From Spirochaetaceae bacterium (GTDB taxonomy: Bacteria > Spirochaetota > Spirochaetia > DSM-2461): 64,000 nt of DNA. This document shows, piece after piece, positions 19,668 to 28,915 of this stretch. Numbering within the stretch: the stretch's first letter is position 1; the number at the start of each line of letters is the position of its first letter. The stretch lies in assembly GCA_965224705.1 (NCBI GenBank), contig OZ245056.1, positions 512,001 to 576,000 of the forward strand, read 5' to 3'. The notes under the pieces are model-generated. The model ran no database searches. It was not told the DNA's origin and saw nothing but the letters and a program-made list of their open reading frames with translations. The translations under genes were made by a program, and so were the position numbers.

Positions 19668-20729
19668 TTAGTTACCCTTAAGCAGGGCTATTATCTCCTG
19701 GTCACTGTTTTTTATAGCTACCTCTAAAGCAGTTCCAAAGTCAGTTTTATACTGGGTGTCGGCACCGTTGTCAATTAAGAATTCAACCATTTTAGGGTTA
19801 CTTGTATAGACCGCATAATATAGAGCTGATGCTTTCATTTTATCGTCGTCTATTACTATGTAGTTAATATCCGCACCATTATCTAATAAATCTCTTGCAA
19901 AGCTTATATACTCTTCACCCTTAACTACAGAACATGCAACAAGGGGAGGTAGAGGTGTAACCTCTTTATTAAGTTCAGGTGCATATTTAGGATTTACTTC
20001 TGCACCTAACTCTAATAGAAGTTTAGCAGCTTCAAGATTATTAGATATAATTGCAGCGGATATAGGTGTAACTCCATCATTGGGAATATTATTCATATTA
20101 GCACCACTGTCTATTAAGAATTTGGTAGTCTCCAAGTCTTCCAGTGCGTAACGTAAAGAACTACGGCCTTTACCTTCAAGTTCCTTTACATCTCCACCCT
20201 TCTCTACAATTAGAGGAATTAGATCCCACATCTGATTCATGGAAGCAGTTATAACCGGGTACTTCTCCTTGGAAAGATCAACAACATTCCTCTCTTCTAG
20301 CAGGTATTTTACAGCATCACTGTTTTTAGAAGATAGGGCACCAAAAAATACTGAATAGGTTCCAACAGGTCTAAGGCTAGCTCCATTATCAAGTAGAAGA
20401 TTAGAGCACTCTTTCTGGTTATTTAATACTGCGTAGTGAAGCGGGGTTAACTTATTAAGATCAATGCTACTGATGTTATCAGAACCGTAGGATAAGATAA
20501 GATCTATCATCTCTATATTACCCGCTTTAGATGCTATATGGAGTATTGATGAACCATAACTGTCTACACTGTATGGATCAACTCCTTCGTTTAAGTAGTT
20601 TTGTACTGCGAGAGTATCACCAGCCACAACAGCTTTAATTAATGCATCCTCTTTTGATCTTCCTGCTGTTAAACAGCTACTAAGCAACAGTAGGGCTACA
20701 ACCAGGTTTTTTGTTTTCATCAATTTCAT
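19668..20729 (-). CDS. Ankyrin-repeat lipoprotein
   Basis: LLSSC lipobox; repeats TPLHYAV, TPISAAI, SALYYAV; markedly AT-rich. Confidence 0.85.
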   Translation of the reverse strand: MKLMKTKNLVVALLLLSSCLTAGRSKEDALIKAVVAGDTLAVQNYLNEGVDPYSVDSYGSSILHIASKAGNIEMIDLILSYGSDNISSIDLNKLTPLHYAVLNNQKECSNLLLDNGASLRPVGTYSVFFGALSSKNSDAVKYLLEERNVVDLSKEKYPVITASMNQMWDLIPLIVEKGGDVKELEGKGRSSLRYALEDLETTKFLIDSGANMNNIPNDGVTPISAAIISNNLEAAKLLLELGAEVNPKYAPELNKEVTPLPPLVACSVVKGEEYISFARDLLDNGADINYIVIDDDKMKASALYYAVYTSNPKMVEFLIDNGADTQYKTDFGTALEVAIKNSDQEIIALLKGN

Positions 20730-20957
20730 ATATAATCTCCTTCTATTTAAAAAGTGCCTGAACCCGTATAAAAATAAAGGCTAAATCTTATGATGTCCGT
20801 GAATGTATAAACGCACCCATATTTTTGGGGCGAAATGCCTCGAAAATGCAGAAAAAGCCGGATTCATTCTGGGTTTTTCTTCTCTAAAAAATCCACGGAT
20901 GGATTTTTTAGAGGTACCCATTATATTAAAACCCACTTAATCCAGCAAGTGAGCCTT

Positions 20958-21690
20958 ATGAAAATAGATACTACTACTGAAACCTGAACCCGTACAGGGG
21001 GAATCGCACTGACAGAAAAACATTTAAAGAAATTGGCTTGGATTTCACATCCGACACCATACAAGGAGTCTGTCGGATTTTAAGGCTTCGAGGTGATTTT
21101 TGATGATTTTTTCCTGATGCAAGGCGACAAAAACGGAGCGTAGCTGGGCTACGTGAGTATTTTGGCAACGCAGCAGCAGGGTATGCGAGTCTATGGACTC
21201 GCATCCTGAGAAAGTGCCGAGCGATAGCGAGGAAAAGCCGCCACGGATGGCGGCGAAAACGAACGAAGGCGGCTCTCCAGAAGCAAGCAGGAGGCTTGCT
21301 TCTGGAGAGAAGGGCAAAAATCGAGCCGTGAGACGTAAATCCGACAGGCTCCAAGCATAAAGGTACCCGAAAGCGACCTAAGGAAAGTGATAGATGATCT
21401 CATTTGCATTCCGGGTAAATTTGTCTGCCATGCAAACCAATGGATTCTTCGCTTATGAGAACATGATCCCTGGTATCCGATATTCAAGGAAATCTTTCAG
21501 TCGTCGTAGAGCACAACTAAAACAACAGCTCTCAATCTATTTCAGGGAAGAGTTCTGTCCGGGGAATCTCGCAAACCCACAAATAGGAGGTAAATCTCCA
21601 GCGATTTTGCCCGCATTCGTCATGTTTTGATGTCTTCATGACAATGTTGGGGCTATACCCACGAAATTTTTGAATAGAAATCAGGTGGCT
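20958..21690 (+). pseudogene. Heavily deleted IS1380-like transposase remnant interrupted by MITE A
   Basis: MKIDTTTET*..GGIAL before the MITE and LRKVIDDLICIPGKFVCHANQWILRL after it. Confidence 0.4.
21066..21351 (-). mobile_element. MITE family A, long copy
   Basis: TIRs GAGTCTGTCGGATTT / AAATCCGACAGGCTC with CAAG on both sides. Confidence 0.85.
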
Positions 21691-21704
21691 TGACTTTTTA
21701 GGGA

Positions 21705-21750
21705 GTAAAGATCAAGCCAGAAACGGGATGGGTGTTTTTTAGAGGTGCCC
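21705..21750 (-). mobile_element. Solo end of MITE family B
   Basis: Reverse complement of 14745-14790; a similar end TTTTTTAGAGGTACCC at ~20904-20919. Confidence 0.7.
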
Positions 21751-21906
21751 TCTGCATTTCAAAAAAAGCTCACTCTCATTAAGCTGCATAGCAAGGGCCT
21801 TCTCATACACCGACTCAAGTACCCCCTACTCCGTGCTTTCCGTGAGAAATTCCCCCAAAAAAACTCATTGACAACACTCCCTGCCACTGATATACTTACT
21901 CTGGTC

Positions 21907-22794
21907 ATGAGCAAGTATATCAATCCAATGAACGACTTTTTCATGCGCTATCTGCTGGGAAGCAAGGGCAGCGAAAACAATTGCCGCGGCTTCGTCAACG
22001 CCGTTCTTAAGGACATTGATTTCCCGGCGGTGAGCAGCCTGGTCATTCTCAATCCTTTCAACCTGAAGGATTATCACGGATACAAGGAAAGTGTTATAGA
22101 CTGCCGGGCGCAATCCGACGACGGCAGGGTGTTCAACATAGAGATTCAGACGAGCCAGTTAAGAGATTTCGATAAAAAAACACTGTTTTACTGGGCCAAG
22201 GCCTACACCTCCCCTCTGGAGGAGGGCCATGGATACGGTGAACTTTCGCCGGTGATTAGTATTAACCTGTTGGACTTTGTTTTGTGGCCAGAGTTGGAGC
22301 AGGTGCACAGTTGTTTCATGCTCAAGGATCTGAGAAACCCGGACTGTGTTTTTTCAAATGACATCATTGTTCATTGTCTGGAAGCTCCCAAGTTGGAAGG
22401 CCACCTGCAGGGTTTAGGCGCGAGTCTGCGTGGATGGCTGGCCTACTTGAAATCGGAAGGCAAAGTGCCGGAGACGGAACTGTGGGAAATAATAAAGGAG
22501 GATCCCGTGTTACAGGAAGCCCATAAAAAATACAATAAATTCTTAAGCGATCCTGAATTGATGGAGGCCTACGAGGGCAGGCAGAAATGGCTGCATGATC
22601 AGGCGACAATCAGGGACGAAGGCTTTGAAGACGGCAGAGAAGAAGGCAAAAAAGAAGGCAAAAAAGAAGGCAAAAAAGAAGGCAAAAAAGAAGGCATAGC
22701 ACAAACAGTCAAAGGCTTCAAGGCCGCCGGAGTCGGCATAGAACTCATCATCAAGGCCACAGGACTGAGCGAAGAAGAGATCCGGAAGCTCTAA
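21907..22794 (+). CDS. Rpn-family (PD-(D/E)XK nuclease family transposase) protein
   Basis: INPMNDF, KESVID, NIEIQ, FYWAKAY; C-terminal EGKK repeats and TGLSEEEI; upstream TTGACA-N17-TATACT. Confidence 0.9.
   Translation: MSKYINPMNDFFMRYLLGSKGSENNCRGFVNAVLKDIDFPAVSSLVILNPFNLKDYHGYKESVIDCRAQSDDGRVFNIEIQTSQLRDFDKKTLFYWAKAYTSPLEEGHGYGELSPVISINLLDFVLWPELEQVHSCFMLKDLRNPDCVFSNDIIVHCLEAPKLEGHLQGLGASLRGWLAYLKSEGKVPETELWEIIKEDPVLQEAHKKYNKFLSDPELMEAYEGRQKWLHDQATIRDEGFEDGREEGKKEGKKEGKKEGKKEGIAQTVKGFKAAGVGIELIIKATGLSEEEIRKL
22642..22695 (+). repeat. 12-bp tandem repeat GAAGGCAAAAAA x4.5
   Basis: Read directly; encodes EGKK repeats. Confidence 0.9.
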
Positions 22795-22975
22795 CAGAAG
22801 CAAGCATCCCTTAAACCCCCTGTGCGAAAGCTCTCCTGTATTTGAGTTCCCCCCTCAGCCCCCATACGAAGGGTAGTTCAACTGGATTCTATTTTAAGGA
22901 AACCACCATGGTTCAAGTCGATTGATTATGAGGCAACTCGTATTGATACTTCAAACAAAGCTGGTATAATTGGGT

Positions 22976-23113
22976 ATGGATTGGTACATGAATCTCCCTC
23001 AGGAGGAAGGCTACGGCTACGGCAGCGGTCAGAGCCAGAAAGAAGCTGCCACCCGTGCACTGAAAGACATGGCTATCCAGAACAGCATAAAATCCCGCTT
23101 GCCCCTGTCGGTC
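22976..23113 (+). pseudogene. Deleted remnant of the 26172 lipoprotein gene
   Basis: DWYMNLPQEEGY..ALKDMAIQ fused to SIKSRLPLSV. Confidence 0.85.
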
Positions 23114-23291
23114 TTGCGATGCCCTACGGAAAAGAGTAATTTCCCCACCGTGCGAACCTAAGAATATGTTTTCACATCGTTGTTTTTGATTGACCTTTTT
23201 TCTCGCGGCCGGGAAATTAAAATTCTCGCTACCCGAATGAATCGTTACAGAGCCAAATCTTTCTCGGCCAGGCCCTCTATGAGATAAGCTC

Positions 23292-24383
23292 TCAATCGCC
23301 CCCGAATTCATCTATCATCGCCCCTCCCAGGCACAGTTCGTCATCGTAAAAAACGGCAAACTGTCCCGGCGCGATTCCCCGGTCGCTTTCATCCATCTGA
23401 ACGCGAAGCCGCGTCTTGCCGTCCGCCGCCGGAGAGAGGGGAGCGATGCGTCCGCTAATGAGCCTGGGGCCGTGACGAAGCTTCATTGTCACCTCAGCGG
23501 GAAGATCCGGCTCACCGGAAATCCAGTTTGGGTTAACCACGATGAACTGATTAACCGCCGCTTCAATCGCGCCCAGAGTATGAGCAACGGTCACAACGTT
23601 ATCCTCCCTGTTTCGACTGACCACGTACCAGGGCCCCCCGGAGAGGCCCAGGCCGGTTCGCTGACCCGTGGTGTAAAACCAGGTGCCCCGATGGGAGCCA
23701 AGAACACGACCCGTCCGGGCCTCGACGATGGGTCCTTTTTTTTCGCCGAGATAGTGCCTGATAAATTCCGTGTACTTGATTTTTCCCAGAAAACAGATGC
23801 CTTGACTGTCTTTTCGGGACTTGTTGGGCAAGTTCCATTCCTCGGCAAGCGCCCGAACCTCCACCTTGGTCATTTGGCCAATGGGAAAAAGGGCGATAGC
23901 GGCCTGGGCCTGGGTGAGGTGAGAGAGGAAATAGGTTTGATCTTTGACCGGGTCGGGTGAGCGCCTAATCCAATACAGACCGCCGGGATCCTGACCACCG
24001 AGGGCATAGTGTCCGGAGGCCACCTTGTCCAGCGAATCCCCTACCCTGTAGAGAAAGGCCCCGAACTTGATCCGCCGGTTACAGTATATATCAGGACTGG
24101 GGGTTCGTCCGGCTTTCAGCTCCGACACGGTCAGGGCCGCCACCTGGTCCCAGTACTCCCGCTGAAGGCTGATGATTTTCAGTGGAACCTGGGCGAGCGC
24201 GCACACCTTTTCGGCATACCGCAAATCCTCGTCCCAGGGGCAGGAACTCAAGGCCGCCAATTCATCTTCCAACCAGATTTTCAGATAGTACGCGGTAATG
24301 TCCGCATCCGGATGCTCGGTTTTCAGCGACACGAGAGCCGCCGAACTATCAACTCCCCCAGACAAAAGAACCCCAATTTTCAC
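23292..24383 (-). CDS. mnmA: tRNA 2-thiouridine(34) synthase
   Basis: SGGVDS, TPSPDIYCN, SGHYA, KDQTYFL, DSQGICF, PGQFAVFY. Confidence 0.95.
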   Translation of the reverse strand: MKIGVLLSGGVDSSAALVSLKTEHPDADITAYYLKIWLEDELAALSSCPWDEDLRYAEKVCALAQVPLKIISLQREYWDQVAALTVSELKAGRTPSPDIYCNRRIKFGAFLYRVGDSLDKVASGHYALGGQDPGGLYWIRRSPDPVKDQTYFLSHLTQAQAAIALFPIGQMTKVEVRALAEEWNLPNKSRKDSQGICFLGKIKYTEFIRHYLGEKKGPIVEARTGRVLGSHRGTWFYTTGQRTGLGLSGGPWYVVSRNREDNVVTVAHTLGAIEAAVNQFIVVNPNWISGEPDLPAEVTMKLRHGPRLISGRIAPLSPAADGKTRLRVQMDESDRGIAPGQFAVFYDDELCLGGAMIDEFGGD

Positions 24384-24449
24384 AAAGACATCATCACGCC
24401 GGAAAAAAAGATTTGCAAGCCCCGGTCAATTGTGTGATGATGCAAAAAC

Positions 24450-24827
24450 ATGGCTGGAGCAAGTGAACGAATTGACCGCTTTTCCACCGCCGCCGAAAGC
24501 TGGCGCATTATTGCCGGAGATCCCGACCCTCGGGTGAGTGCCAGAGAGCTATGCCGCTTGTTCGCCAGGGTTCTTGACGACCCAAAAGAAAGCGGAACCC
24601 AGGTAGCGGAAGAATCTTTCGCAAAACGTTTGATTATGCTGGAGGAAGAACTCCGGCGGCAAAACGGCAATATCACGCACGGCCCGGGCCATGGGTCTTA
24701 CACCCCGGCAGGTATCATGGCGTCTGAAGAAATACGGTATCAACTCACGGGAGTTCAAGCCCAGGAAACCGGCAGGGTGTTCATTGAAGAGAATTACCCC
24801 TATCGATACCCCTTAGGATATCCGTAG
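24450..24827 (+). CDS. Hypothetical protein
   Basis: 125-aa ORF divergent from mnmA; no motif recognised. Confidence 0.35.
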   Translation: MAGASERIDRFSTAAESWRIIAGDPDPRVSARELCRLFARVLDDPKESGTQVAEESFAKRLIMLEEELRRQNGNITHGPGHGSYTPAGIMASEEIRYQLTGVQAQETGRVFIEENYPYRYPLGYP

Positions 24828-25285
24828 AAGTCCAGCTTACCTGTACCCTGACCGCTCAATTCCCCCTCAAGGAGTATGGAAATAACCGCCATGGTGGGGA
24901 CATCATGCGTTAATTCCAGGCAAAGCCAGGAAGCCAGTTTTCCGATTCCTGGCTGATGGGCGCAAATCATTATATGCGTTTCCCCCTCTCCATGATCCTG
25001 GACACATTGGCACAATTCGTCCCGCCCCGCGAGATAGAGTCCTTCGTCGTGAATGATGGAAGGTTTCGCCGATGGCCAATGATTCAAGAAGATATCCACC
25101 GTTTGCAAAGCTCTATCAGCCATCGAAACGAGCAGAATTTCCGGCGGCGGGATATTCTCGGAACACACCGTTCCCATGAGGGCCGCATCCTGCCGTCCTT
25201 GATCGTTTAACGGGCGCTGCATGTCCAAACCTGAATCACTAACTGGTGAGCTTTTAGCGTGTCTAAGAAGTGTGAGACGAAGCAT
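24800..25285 (-). CDS. sixA: SixA-like histidine phosphatase
   Basis: LLRHAKS, RPLN..G, RALQT, LYLA, AHQP. Confidence 0.85.
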   Translation of the reverse strand: MLRLTLLRHAKSSPVSDSGLDMQRPLNDQGRQDAALMGTVCSENIPPPEILLVSMADRALQTVDIFLNHWPSAKPSIIHDEGLYLAGRDELCQCVQDHGEGETHIMICAHQPGIGKLASWLCLELTHDVPTMAVISILLEGELSGQGTGKLDFYGYPKGYR

Positions 25286-25304
25286 AATAGATTGTAAGGT
25301 TTGC

Positions 25305-25580
25305 TTAAAAGACTTTCAAGCCGCCGGCTAGCCCTCCAGGTTGCCTTTTGGGTGGTTTCGCAGGTACTGTGCCCTGCTGTTCGACCGGAGCTGTGCCTTC
25401 ATCCATATTCAGAATTTTCGTGCTGATCAAAATCTTTGTGACCGCAGGGATCACCCGGTAACCTTCTGGCGAATGGATGAACCACTTGTTCACGGTGCAG
25501 ATCGGATGGCCGGTGGCTTCTGAAACCACGCAAAGAGCGTCTTGCTTATACATGACCCCTGGAGCCTGCAATACCTCCAC
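25305..25580 (-). CDS. Small hypothetical protein, possibly HTH
   Basis: ORF only; VSEATGHPICTVNKW is HTH-like. Confidence 0.3.
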   Translation of the reverse strand: MEVLQAPGVMYKQDALCVVSEATGHPICTVNKWFIHSPEGYRVIPAVTKILISTKILNMDEGTAPVEQQGTVPAKPPKRQPGGLAGGLKVF

Positions 25581-25717
25581 AGGTTACCATACCAGGCTAA
25601 AAACCTATGTCTTGACCCTTCCTCTCTCATATACCGACTCACCCCCCCCCCACTCCTTGCCTCCGTGAGAGACACTCATTGACAACACTCCCCGTCAATG
25701 ATATCCTTACTCTGGTC

Positions 25718-25960
25718 ATGAGCAAGTATATCAATCCAATGAAAGACTTTAAATTCTTAAGCGATCCTGAATTGATGGAGGCCTACGAGGGCAGGCAGAA
25801 GTGGCTCCATGATCAGGCGACAATCAGGGACGAAGGCTTTGAAGAAGGCAAAAAAGAAGGCATAACGCAAACAGTCAAAGACTTCAAGGCCGCCGGAGCC
25901 GACATGGAACTCATCATCAAGGCCACCGGCTTGAGCGAAGAAGAAATCCGAAAGCTCTAA
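25718..25960 (+). CDS. Mini-Rpn: first 11 codons fused in frame to the C-terminal domain (RpnS-like)
   Basis: MSKYINPMKDF-KFLSDPELMEAYEG...TGLSEEEIRKL; paralog of 21907..22794 with a similar promoter. Confidence 0.7.
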   Translation: MSKYINPMKDFKFLSDPELMEAYEGRQKWLHDQATIRDEGFEEGKKEGITQTVKDFKAAGADMELIIKATGLSEEEIRKL

Positions 25961-26171
25961 CAGAAACAAATCTCCCTTACCCCCCCTGTGCGAAAGTTCC
26001 CTGTATTTGAGTTCTCCCCTCCTGCCGAAGCCTCGGCCTGGTGCCTCCGTGAGGGACATCCCCCCATGCGAAAGGTAGTTCAACTGGATTTTATTCTGAG
26101 GAAACCGCCATGGTTCAAGTCGATTGATTATGAGGCAATTCGTATTGATACTCCAAACAAAGCTGGTATAA

Positions 26172-27293
26172 TTGGGTATGGATTGGAAGGCATGTGAAAT
26201 ACGACACGCTTATTGGTCAATAAAGCATAGCCTGTTTCTGCTTACGATCATTGTATTCACATCCTGTGCTTCTACCCCAGAATCGGAGAGCAGCGGCAGC
26301 ACGGGAGCACCCGATTGGTACATGAATCTCCCCCAGGAGGAAGGCTATACCTACGGCTACGGCAGCGGTCAGAGTCAGAAAGAAGCTGCCGCCCGTGCAC
26401 TGGAAGACATGGCCATACAGATGCAAACCCGTATTCAGTCCAAACTGGAAAGCCAGATCAGCATAACTGGTGCCGAACAGGAATTCAGCCTGAACAATCA
26501 GCTCAGCCAGAGCACCGACGTGGAAATTCTGGGTGCGGAGCCGCTGCGCTCTGCTCAACAGGGCAATCAGCACTTTGCCGCCTGGCGTTACAACAACAAG
26601 CCGCTGCGCGTGCGTACCCTGGATGCGGCTTCATCGAAATCTATCCGGGATGCAGCCGGTAGTCCCGAAGTCAGTCAGAGCAGCATAAAATCCCGCTTGC
26701 CCCTGTCGGTCTTTTTGAGTAACAAGGGCAAATCCGCCGACTTCATACTGGACTACCGGAACGGTATGTACCGGCTGAGCATAAATGGACAGAACATACC
26801 GGTAAGCCGTAGTGAATTTGCCGAGAACTTCATGGTCAATCTGGAGCCCGAACGGTTCATCATTGTTCCCGGTCTTAAAAATGGATTGAGCCTCCCCAAT
26901 CTGCCGCCGGACACCCTTAAAGACGGCCAACATTATCTTGTGCAGTACACTCCCCTCGCCAACGGCTACCTGAGTACTGTTACTATGGATGCCGCCGGAA
27001 TCGTTCTGGCCCTGCTTAAAAATCATCCTGTCCAGGCCGGGGAAACTGTGGAATATCCAGACACAAGTCTTTACGATGGACTGATTGCCTCCAGAATCGG
27101 AAAGGGGATATCATCTACCGACATGATTCTGGCCATTGAATCCGCCAAGCCGCTGGACTTTATCAACGCAGTACAAAATGTCACCGAATCGACCGTCAAT
27201 CCCGACGATGCTGCCAACTACACTTATGGTGAACTACTGGAACTCCTGTCGGGCCATAGCTACAGTGCAAAAATACTGCGGATTACGGACTAA
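26172..27293 (+). CDS. LPP20-like lipoprotein (true start uncertain)
   Basis: FTSC lipobox, APDWY, YGYGSG..A..RALED. Confidence 0.65.
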   Translation: MGMDWKACEIRHAYWSIKHSLFLLTIIVFTSCASTPESESSGSTGAPDWYMNLPQEEGYTYGYGSGQSQKEAAARALEDMAIQMQTRIQSKLESQISITGAEQEFSLNNQLSQSTDVEILGAEPLRSAQQGNQHFAAWRYNNKPLRVRTLDAASSKSIRDAAGSPEVSQSSIKSRLPLSVFLSNKGKSADFILDYRNGMYRLSINGQNIPVSRSEFAENFMVNLEPERFIIVPGLKNGLSLPNLPPDTLKDGQHYLVQYTPLANGYLSTVTMDAAGIVLALLKNHPVQAGETVEYPDTSLYDGLIASRIGKGISSTDMILAIESAKPLDFINAVQNVTESTVNPDDAANYTYGELLELLSGHSYSAKILRITD

Positions 27294-27352
27294 GAGTCTG
27301 TCAGACTTTAAGACTTCGAGGCGATTTTTGATGATTTTTTTCGATACAAGGC
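27294..27352 (-). mobile_element. MITE family A end fragment
   Basis: GAGTCTGTCAGACTTTAAGACTTCGAGGCGATTTTTGATG immediately after the stop codon. Confidence 0.75.
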
Positions 27353-27494
27353 GTCTACAGGTTCAGAGCTCGCCAGTATTTCCATTTTGACGAGAAAAAC
27401 ATTATATCAGAACTTGAGTTTCCGTAAGAAAATTCATGGTTACCCAATCAGTGGATTCCAGCCCTTTATCAATGAGTTTCTGGAAGGTATTAGT

Positions 27495-28910
27495 TGCGTC
27501 AATATAAAATCTACTCGAACAGGAATAGTTGCCTCATAATTAAATTCTACTCCTGGCAGAGGCCATCATCATTGGACTCTCTCCTTCACTTTAGGGTATG
27601 GCTGATCCAGTCTGTCAGCATTTTTTATTAGCTTCTTCTGAAGATTTGCCACTTCCAGAGCCAGAGCAACCGGGTCGATTCTTTCACGCTGCTCCCTGAT
27701 GGCCGCTTTTATACTCTCTCCAACAGCGGGACTCTCCAGCAGCCGCACAGCGGCACACTTCGGCTGATCATACTTCTTGCTGCACCTTGCCCCCCGCCGT
27801 TTCTTCTCCACCAGCTTATAGGTCGGGTAAATGTAATTCTGAAGCAGTCCTTGAATCCGATAGATTTCATTGAGCAGGAAGAGGGCTTCAGGAGTTGTAT
27901 AGCGGGCATAGCCGATGAGTTTACGCACCGCGTCAAAATTCTTCTGCTCCACATAGCAGTTATCATTCTTCTTTCCCGGTCGACCGCGCGTAAAGTCTAA
28001 ATGACTGTTTCCACAATAGGCGATAAGAGCATGGTTAATGAATTCAGAACCATTATCAGGATGAATCTGAGTGAAGGGTAGAGGACACTCCTCTCTCATC
28101 TCTTTAAGAGCTTCAATCACCCATTTATGAGCTCTATTGAGCAGAGCCCTACGCTCACACCAACTAAGAGTATACATCGGTGGCGGTCAGCGTAAAGCAG
28201 CATTGCCCTCTCACAAGACCTCCATCGTGACCGACGCAATCCAGCTGAAATTCTCCGGGAAGAACATTTTGCCACTCCCCAAAGGTTCTGATGGGAATCT
28301 GACTGATCAGCGATGAGTTGGAACGGGTATAGCTTGTCCCCTTGATTTGCTGTTTATCGGGATGCCCTTGGAGCATCCGATCCACCGTTGCCGGACTGAT
28401 TTGGCGCAATAAGCGGCATTCTTCCCCGCTGAGTTTACTAATCGGAAGTCTGTTTTCCAGACTCTTGAAGTTCTCTCTGATGAGGGGAACCAGCAGTTTG
28501 CCGCATTTATGCCCGAATAGACTCCATAGCCACTCGACAGTTTCTTTAATAACCAAAGGGTACTTTGGAGGGCGTCCGCCGCCTTTACGCCTCTTTTTGG
28601 CTGTTGTGTACTGCTTCGGCTGGTTAGGACTGTCATCCCTTACTCTCGTGCCATACCAGCGAAGAAGAGTCGCGGCATAAGAGCGATTATAGCTGGTTAT
28701 CCGTACAAAATGAGTCAGAATCACACTTTTCTCCTTCCGTGAGGCTTTTCTATACCGTACAGCCTCATCTCTTGCTAATTCCCGTCTGGTTTTCATTGTC
28801 AACCTCATAACTCGACCTCTTACCTCAAAGGTCGTTCAAGTAGATTTTAGTTATGAGGCAACCACGTGCTTTCGAGTAGATTAATTATGAGGCAATTCGA
28901 GCTATTGACT
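27495..28910 (-). mobile_element. IS with integrase-core (rve/DDE) transposase, frameshifted at ~28168 (ORFs 28164..28808 and 27569..28177)
   Basis: QLDCVGH, TATD, DNGSEF, NDNCYVEQKN; repeated GTAGA..TTATGAGGCAA sites inverted at both ends. Confidence 0.85.
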
Positions 28911-28915
28911 ACCTG

